Part shown: in pieces, positions 8,879 through 17,035 of the stretch
Numbering within the stretch: the stretch's first letter is position 1
Layout of the letters: every line of letters starts with the position of its first letter
NCBI GenBank assembly: GCA_012797605.1
Contig: JAAZOT010000043.1
Coordinates: 2,296 to 66,295 of the forward strand
Reading direction: 5' to 3'
DNA length: 64,000 bases
From: Spirochaetales bacterium
GTDB taxonomy: Bacteria > Spirochaetota > JAAYUW01
The notes under the pieces: generated by a model
Databases searched by the model: none
Told to the model about the DNA's origin: nothing
The model's input: the letters and a program-made list of their open reading frames with translations, nothing else
Made by a program: the position numbers and the translations under genes

Positions 8879-9745
8879 ATGGAAAAAAATATGATAGATA
8901 ATTTCGAAAAAGCGGCTGAACTTATAGTAAAAAGCAAATATACAATAGCATTTACTGGAGCAGGTATCTCCGTGGAAAGTGGAATAGCCCCTTTTAGAGG
9001 GAGAGGTGGTCTTTATGAAAAAGTATCAAGTAGAATATTTGATTTAGATTATTTTTATTCTAATACGAAAAGTTGCTGGTATCTACTATTAAAATACATA
9101 TTGATTCCACTATTAAATGCAAAACCAAATGAAGCACATATAAAACTGTCAAATCTTGAAAGCATGGGTTTTATTAAGGCAATTGTGACTCAAAATATAG
9201 ATTCTCTCCATGAAAAGGCTAAAAGTAGAAATGTCATAAAATTTCATGGAACCGCAGATAGATTTAAGTGCATTAAATGTGGCAAAAATTATCAATTTAA
9301 TGATCTTTTTTCAAATAGTTTAGTTGAAAAGATAGAAAAAGAGGATCCACTTAAGATGATAGCAGAAGAAGGCTATATTGACAAAGAGGAGATTGAAGAA
9401 TTAAAAATTGATCATGATTTTGATGTACCTAAATGCCAAATATGTGGTTCTATAATAAAGCCAGAAATCGTGTTTTTCAAAGAACCAATACCTGAAGACG
9501 CTTTGAATCTTAGCTTTAATCATGCGCAAAATGCAGAATGTCTTCTTATAATTGGTACCTCTGGAGTAGTGTATCCAGCTGCTATGATACCTCAAATAGT
9601 AAAGAAAAATAAAGGGAAGATTATTGAGATTAATCCAGAAGAATCTGAATATACTAATAGCATTACTGATCTTTTCATTAAATCTTCTGCATCAAAAGCA
9701 ATGATTGAATTGGAAAAAAGCATTATGAAATTTCGAGGACTCTAA
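8879..9745 (+). CDS. cobB: NAD-dependent protein deacylase (sirtuin, CobB/Sir2 family)
   Basis: GAGISVESGIAPFRG, TQNIDSLHEKA, the catalytic His in KFHGT, zinc Cys pairs CIKCG...CQICG, and GTSGVVYPAA. Confidence 0.85.
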   Translation: MEKNMIDNFEKAAELIVKSKYTIAFTGAGISVESGIAPFRGRGGLYEKVSSRIFDLDYFYSNTKSCWYLLLKYILIPLLNAKPNEAHIKLSNLESMGFIKAIVTQNIDSLHEKAKSRNVIKFHGTADRFKCIKCGKNYQFNDLFSNSLVEKIEKEDPLKMIAEEGYIDKEEIEELKIDHDFDVPKCQICGSIIKPEIVFFKEPIPEDALNLSFNHAQNAECLLIIGTSGVVYPAAMIPQIVKKNKGKIIEINPEESEYTNSITDLFIKSSASKAMIELEKSIMKFRGL

Positions 9746-10181
9746 CAACCTTCTTTGGATCGAGTCTATAAGGAGAACCGATACCCTGATAAAATCCATG
9801 CTCTTTTATAAGATGGATTGACAAATCACTGTATTTAATTTGCTCATTTATTTTTTTGTTTATGACAGTTATTTCTGATTTTTGATAGATTCCCTTTTCA
9901 CCAAAAGGACAGGGAAGTTTACCTCTAAAAATCTCCGCCTTTATTTCAAAGTGATCCTTATAAATAACAGATTCCTCAAGAGCCTTTAATCCAACTTCTC
10001 TAAATTCATCGAGTTTTTCAGCAATAATAATATGAGTTAAACCTAATCTTTTAACTGTTTCGTTGTCTTCGTTAATAATATCTATAAGATTTCTTTTATC
10101 GTTGCCTAAAAAGCCGTCTAATACCAGCACCCCTTTTTTCATTCTCTGCTGTACTTTCGTATAATAAAGATCCTGTTTCAT
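9723..10181 (-). CDS. Hypothetical protein, last gene of the nqr-like operon
   Basis: 152 aa. Starts 19 nt after the nqrF stop on the same strand. No signal peptide or TM segment and no motif I recognise (contains KLPCPFGEKG). Its 3' end overlaps the convergent sirtuin gene by 23 nt. Confidence 0.5.
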   Translation of the reverse strand: MKQDLYYTKVQQRMKKGVLVLDGFLGNDKRNLIDIINEDNETVKRLGLTHIIIAEKLDEFREVGLKALEESVIYKDHFEIKAEIFRGKLPCPFGEKGIYQKSEITVINKKINEQIKYSDLSIHLIKEHGFYQGIGSPYRLDPKKVVRVLEIS

Positions 10182-10200
10182 AAATTTACCTCTTCAATTT

Positions 10201-11301
10201 TTAAGCGAATTTATCGTAATATATTTTTTCATTAGGTATTCCTTTTTTAGTTAAAACTCCAATACAAGCATTTATCATACCAGGGGAGCCACATAGATAT
10301 GCTTCTTTATTTTCTCCACTTAAAATATATTTATCTACAACATCTGTGATTAATCCTCTTTCCCCTTGCCAATCTGGGTCGGCATTTAAATCCGATAGAG
10401 CTGGAATAAATTTAAAATTTGGCATTGCTTTCATTAAGTCTTCCATTAAATCAAGTAAAAAAAGATCCTTTTTAGTTTTTGCCCCAAAAAAATAAGTTGC
10501 TTTTCTATTTATCCCTTTTTCTTTCATATCTAAAAGAATTGACTTTATTGGAGCCATACCAGAGCCACCTGCGATAAAAATAATCTCAGCATCGGTTGGC
10601 CGTAAATAAAACTCTCCATAAGGTCCATTTATTTTAACCTTGTCTCCTACTTTCAAATATTGATGTACATAGGTTGTACATATACCGTTAGGGACTAGTC
10701 TTATTTCAAGTTCTATTTTTTTGTTATCTGAAGGAGCTGAAGCGATAGAGTAAGCTCTATAGACAGTTTCAGAAGTTAGTTTATATGGCGGAACTTCAAA
10801 TTGAATATATTGGCCAGACTTAAAATCTATATTTTGGTCTTTTTCAATTTCTAATGTTACCTGCTTTATATCATAAGTTAGATCAGTAAGGCTCAATACT
10901 TTTGTTTCATATTGATGAACAGAAAAAAGAGATTCAGGTATTTCGATATTCAAGTTTGATTTGACTTTTATCTGACAAGACAACCTTATATTATTTTTCT
11001 TTTCTTCATCTGTTAAATAGGGTAATTCGGTTGGAAGGTAAGGGGTGGAAGTATTAAGTACCTTTACCTTACAGTATCCACATGAACCACGGCCTCCACA
11101 TGCCGAAGGTATAAAAATCTCTTTATCTTTCAATGCGAAAAGGAGTGGTTTACCGCCTTCCACCTTTATAGTCTTTTTATTATTAATGTTTATATCAAAA
11201 TTTGGATAATTATTTATTATTAAATCTATTACCAAAATGAGAATTACAAGAAAAGACGAGATTGAAGTTACAGCTAAAACTGAAGAGAAAAATATAGACA
11301 T
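10201..11301 (-). CDS. nqrF: Na+-translocating NADH:quinone oxidoreductase subunit F-like (NqrF)
   Basis: N-terminal TM helix, a plant-type 2Fe-2S motif SACGGRGSCGYCKVKV...LSCQ, FAD motif RAYSIAS, and NAD motif IAGGSGMAP. Confidence 0.85.
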   Translation of the reverse strand: MSIFFSSVLAVTSISSFLVILILVIDLIINNYPNFDININNKKTIKVEGGKPLLFALKDKEIFIPSACGGRGSCGYCKVKVLNTSTPYLPTELPYLTDEEKKNNIRLSCQIKVKSNLNIEIPESLFSVHQYETKVLSLTDLTYDIKQVTLEIEKDQNIDFKSGQYIQFEVPPYKLTSETVYRAYSIASAPSDNKKIELEIRLVPNGICTTYVHQYLKVGDKVKINGPYGEFYLRPTDAEIIFIAGGSGMAPIKSILLDMKEKGINRKATYFFGAKTKKDLFLLDLMEDLMKAMPNFKFIPALSDLNADPDWQGERGLITDVVDKYILSGENKEAYLCGSPGMINACIGVLTKKGIPNEKIYYDKFA

Positions 11302-11323
11302 TATTCCTCCACTTTTTTTATCT

Positions 11324-11911
11324 TTAATTTATAGGGATTATCCCTGAAAAACCCATAAATGCTATAGCCATAATTCCAGAAATAATTAAAGAGATTGCAG
11401 CCCCTTCAACTCCTTTTGGTAAAATATTTTTTGAGATCTTCTGTTTTATGGCAGCAAGAAGAGTAATAGCTAAAAGCCAGCCTATTCCACTTCCTATTCC
11501 ATAGAAAATCGAGTTAATAAAAGAATACTGCCTTATAATCATAAAGAGATTTACTCCCAAAATGGCGCAGTTTACTGTTATCAAAGGAAGAAAAATTCCT
11601 AATGAATAATAAAGTGTTTGTGAAAATCTTTCGATAATCATTTCAAGAATTTGAACAATTCCAGCTATGACCATTATAAAGACAATAAATCTTAGATATG
11701 TAATATTTAATGGCACAAGAATAATGTTATAAACAATCCAATTTAATGGAGTTGTTATTGCCATGACAAAAGTAACTGCCACACCAAGTCCGATTGCTGA
11801 TTTTAACTCTCTTGAAATAGATAAAAATGAACACATCCCAAGATAATAGGATAGTAAAATATTACCTGTAATAATAGAACCAAAAAGAATTGCTATAGAT
11901 GAAATATTCAT
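11324..11911 (-). CDS. nqrE: NqrE/RnfA family membrane subunit
   Basis: 195 aa, six hydrophobic helices, Cys-containing helices (GMCSFL, VNCAILG) as in NqrE/RnfA. Confidence 0.8.
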   Translation of the reverse strand: MNISSIAILFGSIITGNILLSYYLGMCSFLSISRELKSAIGLGVAVTFVMAITTPLNWIVYNIILVPLNITYLRFIVFIMVIAGIVQILEMIIERFSQTLYYSLGIFLPLITVNCAILGVNLFMIIRQYSFINSIFYGIGSGIGWLLAITLLAAIKQKISKNILPKGVEGAAISLIISGIMAIAFMGFSGIIPIN

Positions 11912-11932
11912 CCTTTTCCCCTAAAAGTACTT

Positions 11933-12541
11933 TTATTTTTTTTCAATCTTTGGTAGAAAATAACCCTTAACTATCCAGATAATCAACGCAAGAAGGAAAA
12001 ATGCTCCAGGAGCCATAATCATGATATTCCAACTTACCCAATTTGATCCAAGCAGTTTAAAACCATAGATCGACCCTGCCCCCAAAAGTTCTCTAATTAT
12101 TGCAATAAAAATAAGTACTATAGAATATCCAAGACCTGAAGTAAGCCCATCTAAAAACGATGGTATTGGTGGATTTTGTAGTCCAAATGCTTCGGTTCTA
12201 CCCATTACAATACAGTTTGTTATTATTAAACCGACATATGGACCAAGTTGCTTTGATATTTCAGGTAGATAAGCTTTTAATGCTAAATCGACAATGATTA
12301 CCCAAAACGAGATTACTAGAACTTCAATAATCATCCTTACCTTCGATGGAATCAATTTTCTTATTATAGATAAAGAGAAGGAGGAAAGACTTACTGTAAA
12401 AATTAAGCCAATACACATTACAATCGTATTTTTTACTGAATTTGTAACTGCTAAAGTTGAACAAATACCAAGAACTTGAACTAATATTGGATTATTTGTA
12501 ATGATGTTTTCCTTAAACATACTATTATTCTTTTTTACCAT
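11933..12541 (-). CDS. nqrD: NqrD/RnfE family membrane subunit
   Basis: 202 aa. NPILVQVLGICSTLAV and ITNCIVMGRTEAF are typical NqrD/RnfE signatures, including the conserved Cys residues. Confidence 0.8.
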   Translation of the reverse strand: MVKKNNSMFKENIITNNPILVQVLGICSTLAVTNSVKNTIVMCIGLIFTVSLSSFSLSIIRKLIPSKVRMIIEVLVISFWVIIVDLALKAYLPEISKQLGPYVGLIITNCIVMGRTEAFGLQNPPIPSFLDGLTSGLGYSIVLIFIAIIRELLGAGSIYGFKLLGSNWVSWNIMIMAPGAFFLLALIIWIVKGYFLPKIEKK

Positions 12542-12638
12542 AATTTTCCTAACCTTTTTTAAGATTATTTTATTATATTTTAAGATTATCTTCTTATTTT
12601 TATTAAGTGTTTTTATAAATGTACTACTAAAATTTAAG

Positions 12639-13268
12639 TTAATCCAATTTTGGAAGATTAAAAGATTTTATATATTGCTTCCCAATATTAATAAGATTTA
12701 AAACATATTTTGTAGTATTTGTAGCTCCAGTTATAGAAGCTATTTCATCTTCAGCAGGAATTTCTTTTTCTGAAATTATTTTGCTAATCTTATTTTTCCC
12801 CTTAAACTGATTTTTGAACCAACTTTCAACTATTCTTCCACCAAGACCAGGGGTTTCGTTTTGGCTTATAATTTCTATCCCAGCAATTGTTTCAAGATCA
12901 TTTGCGATAGCTAAAGCCATAGTAATCTCTCCCCAAAGTCCAGGCCCTGAAAATATTAAAACATATCCTTTACTTAGAACATTTTCTTGATCAATCTGTT
13001 TATTTATATAAGAAAAGATCTCCACTTTATTTTGAACTCCAATTTCTTTTATGGAGCTATTATAAAGTTCTATTATTTGAGAATATTTAGCAGGTAAGGC
13101 AAAACCAGCTGCTATCAGAACAGCCTTTTTTTTAAATATCGTTTCATTTTCCTTGATTCTATCTTGAGTAAAACTGTAGATTATCGCAAGTATACTTATT
13201 AAAATAATTGAAATTATTATTACGACTATCAAATTCTTAAATAAATCATTAATCTTATCCTTTTTCAT
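12639..13268 (-). CDS. nqrC: NqrC/RnfG family FMN-binding subunit
   Basis: Single N-terminal TM helix and the covalent-FMN motif SITGATNTT near the C-terminus. At 209 aa it is RnfG-sized. Confidence 0.75.
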   Translation of the reverse strand: MKKDKINDLFKNLIVVIIISIILISILAIIYSFTQDRIKENETIFKKKAVLIAAGFALPAKYSQIIELYNSSIKEIGVQNKVEIFSYINKQIDQENVLSKGYVLIFSGPGLWGEITMALAIANDLETIAGIEIISQNETPGLGGRIVESWFKNQFKGKNKISKIISEKEIPAEDEIASITGATNTTKYVLNLINIGKQYIKSFNLPKLD

Positions 13269-13323
13269 TTTGCCTCTTATTATATATTTTTTGTTATATT
13301 TTTTCTTTTTTTTGGTTATTTTT

Positions 13324-14301
13324 TTACTTATTTTTTTTACCCACTTCTTTCACAAGATAATCTATGAATGGAGCAAAGGTATTAGAAGTAAGTATAGCGA
13401 ACATGGCGCCTTCTGTCCATATTCCAAATATTCGAATTATTATAGTCAATATACTATAAAGTGAACCATAAATTACCTTTCCAATTTTTGTTGTTGCTGA
13501 AGTTACTGGATCTGTTATCATAAAAAAAAGCCCGAAAAACCAGCCTCCAGTTAACATCATATATATTGGATTGGGAGACTTACCTGTGAAATATAAAATA
13601 GAAGAAAAAATAATAAAACTTATAAAACCACTTAAAACAATATGCCATGAGGCATATTTTTTATATATCAAAAATATTCCAATTATTAAAATCAATATTA
13701 TAAAACCTTCACCAATAGATCCAGATTTATTTCCGAATAGAAAGTTTATTATCAAATTTATATCGAGCTTAAAAGATGGACCATTAGATAGTATCTCCTT
13801 TAAAGGTGTGGCAGAAGAGATAGTATCAACTTTAAACCTTAAAAGACCAGCTGGGAAATTTATCAAAGGTTTAACCCATTTTGATGTTAGATATGAACCA
13901 AATGAAATATAAATAAATGCTCTTGAAGTTATTGCTGGATTAAAGACATTTTTTCCAAAACCGCCAAATAGCATTTTACTGAAGGTAATTCCAAAAATAA
14001 TTCCAACGACAGATATCCAAATAGGAATATTTGGTGGAAGAGTCAATACATACAAGATGATAGAAACAAATATTGCAATCGATACCTTTTGTTTTAATAA
14101 CTTTGCTATAAAGTATTCTGTTAATAAACCAAAAATCATTGTAACAGTAAAAAGAAGAAGTACATTTAGTCCATAATAATAAGTACCAATAATTAAAAGT
14201 GGAATCAGAGCAAAAAATGTTTTACTCATCATGGGTTGTTTTAAGAAATTTTGTTTGAAAAATGAATTAATTTTTTCCATCAAAAATCCTTTTAACTTCA
14301 T
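13324..14301 (-). CDS. nqrB: NqrB/RnfD family membrane subunit
   Basis: Polytopic membrane protein with flavinylation motif DTISSATPLK and the conserved NPA (VFNPAITSRAF). At 325 aa it is RnfD-sized and lacks the long NqrB N-terminal extension. Confidence 0.75.
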   Translation of the reverse strand: MKLKGFLMEKINSFFKQNFLKQPMMSKTFFALIPLLIIGTYYYGLNVLLLFTVTMIFGLLTEYFIAKLLKQKVSIAIFVSIILYVLTLPPNIPIWISVVGIIFGITFSKMLFGGFGKNVFNPAITSRAFIYISFGSYLTSKWVKPLINFPAGLLRFKVDTISSATPLKEILSNGPSFKLDINLIINFLFGNKSGSIGEGFIILILIIGIFLIYKKYASWHIVLSGFISFIIFSSILYFTGKSPNPIYMMLTGGWFFGLFFMITDPVTSATTKIGKVIYGSLYSILTIIIRIFGIWTEGAMFAILTSNTFAPFIDYLVKEVGKKNK

Positions 14302-14370
14302 TCACTATTATACTATTAATTTAATAATTTCAAAATCTGGTTCGCTAATTTTTAAAATTAAAGGATTATA

Positions 14371-14406
14371 TTAAAAAATAGGCTGTCCTTATTGATGGAC
14401 AGCCCT
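14371..14406 (-). terminator. Rho-independent terminator after rubrerythrin
   Basis: On the minus strand, ggctgtcc/ggacagcc forms an 8-bp GC-rich stem (14381-14388 / 14397-14404) followed by attttttaa. It lies immediately 3' of the rbr stop. Confidence 0.75.
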
Positions 14407-14430
14407 ATTTTATTGCTATAAAATAAATTA

Positions 14431-15006
14431 CTAGAAATCTTCGCAAAGAATTTCAAAATAAGATTGTGGATGTGCACATACTGGACATTTAACTGGTGCT
14501 TCTTCTCCTTGGTGAATATGACCACAATTTCTGCATTTCCAAAGTTTCGGAACTTCTCTTGCAAACATCTTTTTTTTCTCAATAAGATCAGCGAGTTTTA
14601 AGTATCTCTGTTCATGATGTTTTTCAACATTGGCAATTCCTCTATATAAAACCGCAATCTCTTGAAAACCTTCCTTTTCAGCGATATCTGCGAAATTAGG
14701 GTAAAGTTCAGTATATTCCTCATGCTCTCCCATTGCTGCAGCTTTTAGGTTTTCTAATGTTGTACCAATCTTACCAGCTGGATAGGAAGCAGTAATTTCG
14801 ACAGCTCCTCCTTCAAGAAAACTAAAAAACCTTTTTGCATGCTCTCTTTCATTTTTTGCAGTTTCATCAAAAATTGCAGCAACCATCTCATATCCCTCTT
14901 TTCTTGCAACTGATGCAAAATAATCATATCTCATTCTTGCTTGTGATTCCCCTGCAAAAGATTTTAGTAAATTCTTTTCTGTTTCTGTTCCTTTTACACT
15001 TTTCAT
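14431..15006 (-). CDS. rbr: Rubrerythrin
   Basis: Diiron ExxH motifs (EREHAKRF, EKHHEQRY) plus a C-terminal rubredoxin-like WKCRNCG...CPVCAHP. Confidence 0.9.
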   Translation of the reverse strand: MKSVKGTETEKNLLKSFAGESQARMRYDYFASVARKEGYEMVAAIFDETAKNEREHAKRFFSFLEGGAVEITASYPAGKIGTTLENLKAAAMGEHEEYTELYPNFADIAEKEGFQEIAVLYRGIANVEKHHEQRYLKLADLIEKKKMFAREVPKLWKCRNCGHIHQGEEAPVKCPVCAHPQSYFEILCEDF

Positions 15007-15082
15007 AAACCCCTTCCTAATAATAAAACTTATTTTTCAATTTAAAAAAAGCAATAAATTTGAAATAAAAATCTAAAAATTA

Positions 15083-15457
15083 TTAACTTTTCCAAACTCC
15101 ATGAATGTTACAATAGATTCTTGCTTCAAGTTTTTCACCACTGCAATTGAAAGTCGCATTGGGCTTCATACCAGGTGAAAGCATCGCAATATGTCTTACT
15201 CCATCAGCAATAAGTTCAATGAACTCTATGTAATGTTTTTCTTCCATAGGATGAGGAACTGAACCAACTTCAACAACAATAGAATTATTTTCTTTTTTAA
15301 TGATTGGAATATGTTTTTCCTTTGATGCTTCTACAGTATTTTCCTCTAAATATTTCATGGGTTGATTACAACAAACAAGTTCTCCTTTACCTTCATGCAA
15401 CACTTCAACAACATTTCCACATATTTCACACTTATAGATACCATACATTTTAGCCAT
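15083..15457 (-). CDS. dfx: Desulfoferrodoxin (2Fe superoxide reductase)
   Basis: N-terminal desulforedoxin centre CEICGNVVEV..LVCCNQPM. Centre II ligands are KHIPII, HPMEEKHYIEF and CNIHGVW. Length is 124 aa. Confidence 0.85.
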   Translation of the reverse strand: MAKMYGIYKCEICGNVVEVLHEGKGELVCCNQPMKYLEENTVEASKEKHIPIIKKENNSIVVEVGSVPHPMEEKHYIEFIELIADGVRHIAMLSPGMKPNATFNCSGEKLEARIYCNIHGVWKS

Positions 15458-15544
15458 AAACTCCTCCTAAACTATTAAATAATTTTAAATCCTTAATAAA
15501 TTATATTAAAAAGAAACAAAAAGGTCAAAAAAAAAATATAAAAA

Positions 15545-16048
15545 TTACTCATATTCTTTTAATAGATTTACCAACTTATTATAATGAGACTTTTCTTCTA
15601 ATATAATACTTTGCAAGATTTCATAATCAGCACTATTTAAATATTTTTGAAGTTCAAAGTAATAAAGTATTGAGTAAAGTTCCACATCTATCGCATAATT
15701 TAAAATATCAAGGATATTCCCTTTTTCTAATTTCTTTTCCTTAATCTTAAATAGAGAAATATTTGCATATTGATAGAGATATTCATAATAATCATCAGGA
15801 GGTGGATTTTCGGGATCATAAGACTTTTCTTTCTCCAAAAGTTTTAAAAAAAATGAAGAATGTTCTTTTTCCTGGCTTGCCAAATCACTAAAAATCTGCT
15901 TGAGTTCAGTTTTTGTTTGCCCTGCAGCAGATTCTCTATAAAATTTTTCTCCTCTTTGTTCAAGAGCTATAGCTAGATTAAGTAATTCTGTTAAATTTAA
16001 TTCTTTTTCAATCTTCATATATTCACCTTTTATTGATTTTTCCAACAT
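15545..16048 (-). CDS. Ferritin-like diiron (rubrerythrin-family) protein without rubredoxin domain
   Basis: Four-helix pattern with E..ExxH pairs: ALEQRGEKFY / SQEKEHSSFF and DVELYSILYY / LEEKSHYNKL. Confidence 0.6.
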   Translation of the reverse strand: MLEKSIKGEYMKIEKELNLTELLNLAIALEQRGEKFYRESAAGQTKTELKQIFSDLASQEKEHSSFFLKLLEKEKSYDPENPPPDDYYEYLYQYANISLFKIKEKKLEKGNILDILNYAIDVELYSILYYFELQKYLNSADYEILQSIILEEKSHYNKLVNLLKEYE

Positions 16049-16078
16049 TAAAGAATATACATCAAAAAAAATATAATT

Positions 16079-17026
16079 TCAATAGTAAATTTCTTTTAAC
16101 AATGCCTTTGTCGATTCTCCCTTCCCCATGGTAAATATATGTATTCCATCTACCTTCAACTCTAAAAGTTTTTTGATATAATTTGCCATATATTTTATCC
16201 CGATCTTAAATTCTTCTTCTTTACTTTTTGCCTGTTGCATTTTTTTAATGAAATTTTCAGGAATATTGATAAAAAATCTTTTTGGTAAATCGTAAATAGA
16301 CTTTAAACTTACTATTGGTTTTATACCTATAATTATTGGGACATTTATTGACAGTTTTTTCAATTTTTGAATGAAATTTTTTACTACTTTTAAGTCAAAT
16401 ACCATCTGAGTAATAATAAAATCAGCTCCAGAATCTACTTTTCCTTTTAAGTATTTTAAATCTTCATAAAGATTTGGTGATTCATAATGCTTTTCAGGAT
16501 AACCTGCGACTCCTATGCAAAAATCTGTAGCAGAAGTCTTAACTGACTGATATAGGTATCTTCCATTATTCATTTCTTTTATCTGACTTACTAAACCTGC
16601 GGAATTTTGATGATAATTAAAGTCACCATTTCTCGCAATAACATTTTCTTTTTTTAAATCTCCTCTAACCACAAATAGATTTTCTATCCCTATAAGATTT
16701 AAGTCGATGAGTAAATCTTCTATTTGAAATTTATCCATAAAACTGGATAAAATATGAGGGATTACATCTATTTTATATCTATTTTTCAATGCTACTGTTG
16801 TTCCAATTGAACCTGGTCTTTCTATTTTATCTGCTTTTATTATTCTGTCTTCAGTCTCTATATATGAATTAACTGGAGGATGTCTTGTTACACTTATAAA
16901 ATCTATTGGATAGACTAATAGTTGATCGATTACCTCAAATATTTTTTCTAGATTTTGCCCCCTATCAGGGGGTAGAATCTCTATAGAAATAATCTGTTTT
17001 TCTTTTATTTTATCTATTAATTTCAT
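16079..17026 (-). CDS. metF: 5,10-methylenetetrahydrofolate reductase
   Basis: ISIEILPP, FISVTRHP, NLFVVRGD, VAGYPEKH, GADFIITQMVFD and VPIIIGIKPI match the MTHFR family pattern. Confidence 0.85.
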   Translation of the reverse strand: MKLIDKIKEKQIISIEILPPDRGQNLEKIFEVIDQLLVYPIDFISVTRHPPVNSYIETEDRIIKADKIERPGSIGTTVALKNRYKIDVIPHILSSFMDKFQIEDLLIDLNLIGIENLFVVRGDLKKENVIARNGDFNYHQNSAGLVSQIKEMNNGRYLYQSVKTSATDFCIGVAGYPEKHYESPNLYEDLKYLKGKVDSGADFIITQMVFDLKVVKNFIQKLKKLSINVPIIIGIKPIVSLKSIYDLPKRFFINIPENFIKKMQQAKSKEEEFKIGIKYMANYIKKLLELKVDGIHIFTMGKGESTKALLKEIYY

Positions 17027-17035
17027 TTTTTATCC

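Noticed and set aside
8879-9745. SIR2-domain gene as part of an anti-phage defence system (Thoeris/DSR/SIR2-HerA type)
   Set aside because: It carries the full housekeeping sirtuin deacylase motif set (GAGIS..SGI..FR, TQNID, HG, Zn Cys4). It has no partner genes (TIR, HerA, pAgo, SLOG) nearby and sits among metabolic genes.
13571-13912. 113-aa plus-strand ORF inside nqrB, and similar ORFs at 1789-2019, 7002-7238, 7582-7767, 12294-12479, 18393-18704, 35722-36042, 51688-51930, 52774-52989 and 55110-55432
   Set aside because: These are antisense or out-of-frame shadow ORFs fully embedded in genes with strong homology-type motifs. They have low-complexity composition and no RBS.
14358-14582. 74-aa minus-strand ORF overlapping the rubrerythrin 3' end
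   Set aside because: It is an alternative frame of the well-supported rbr gene and runs through the terminator hairpin. It is not a credible CDS.
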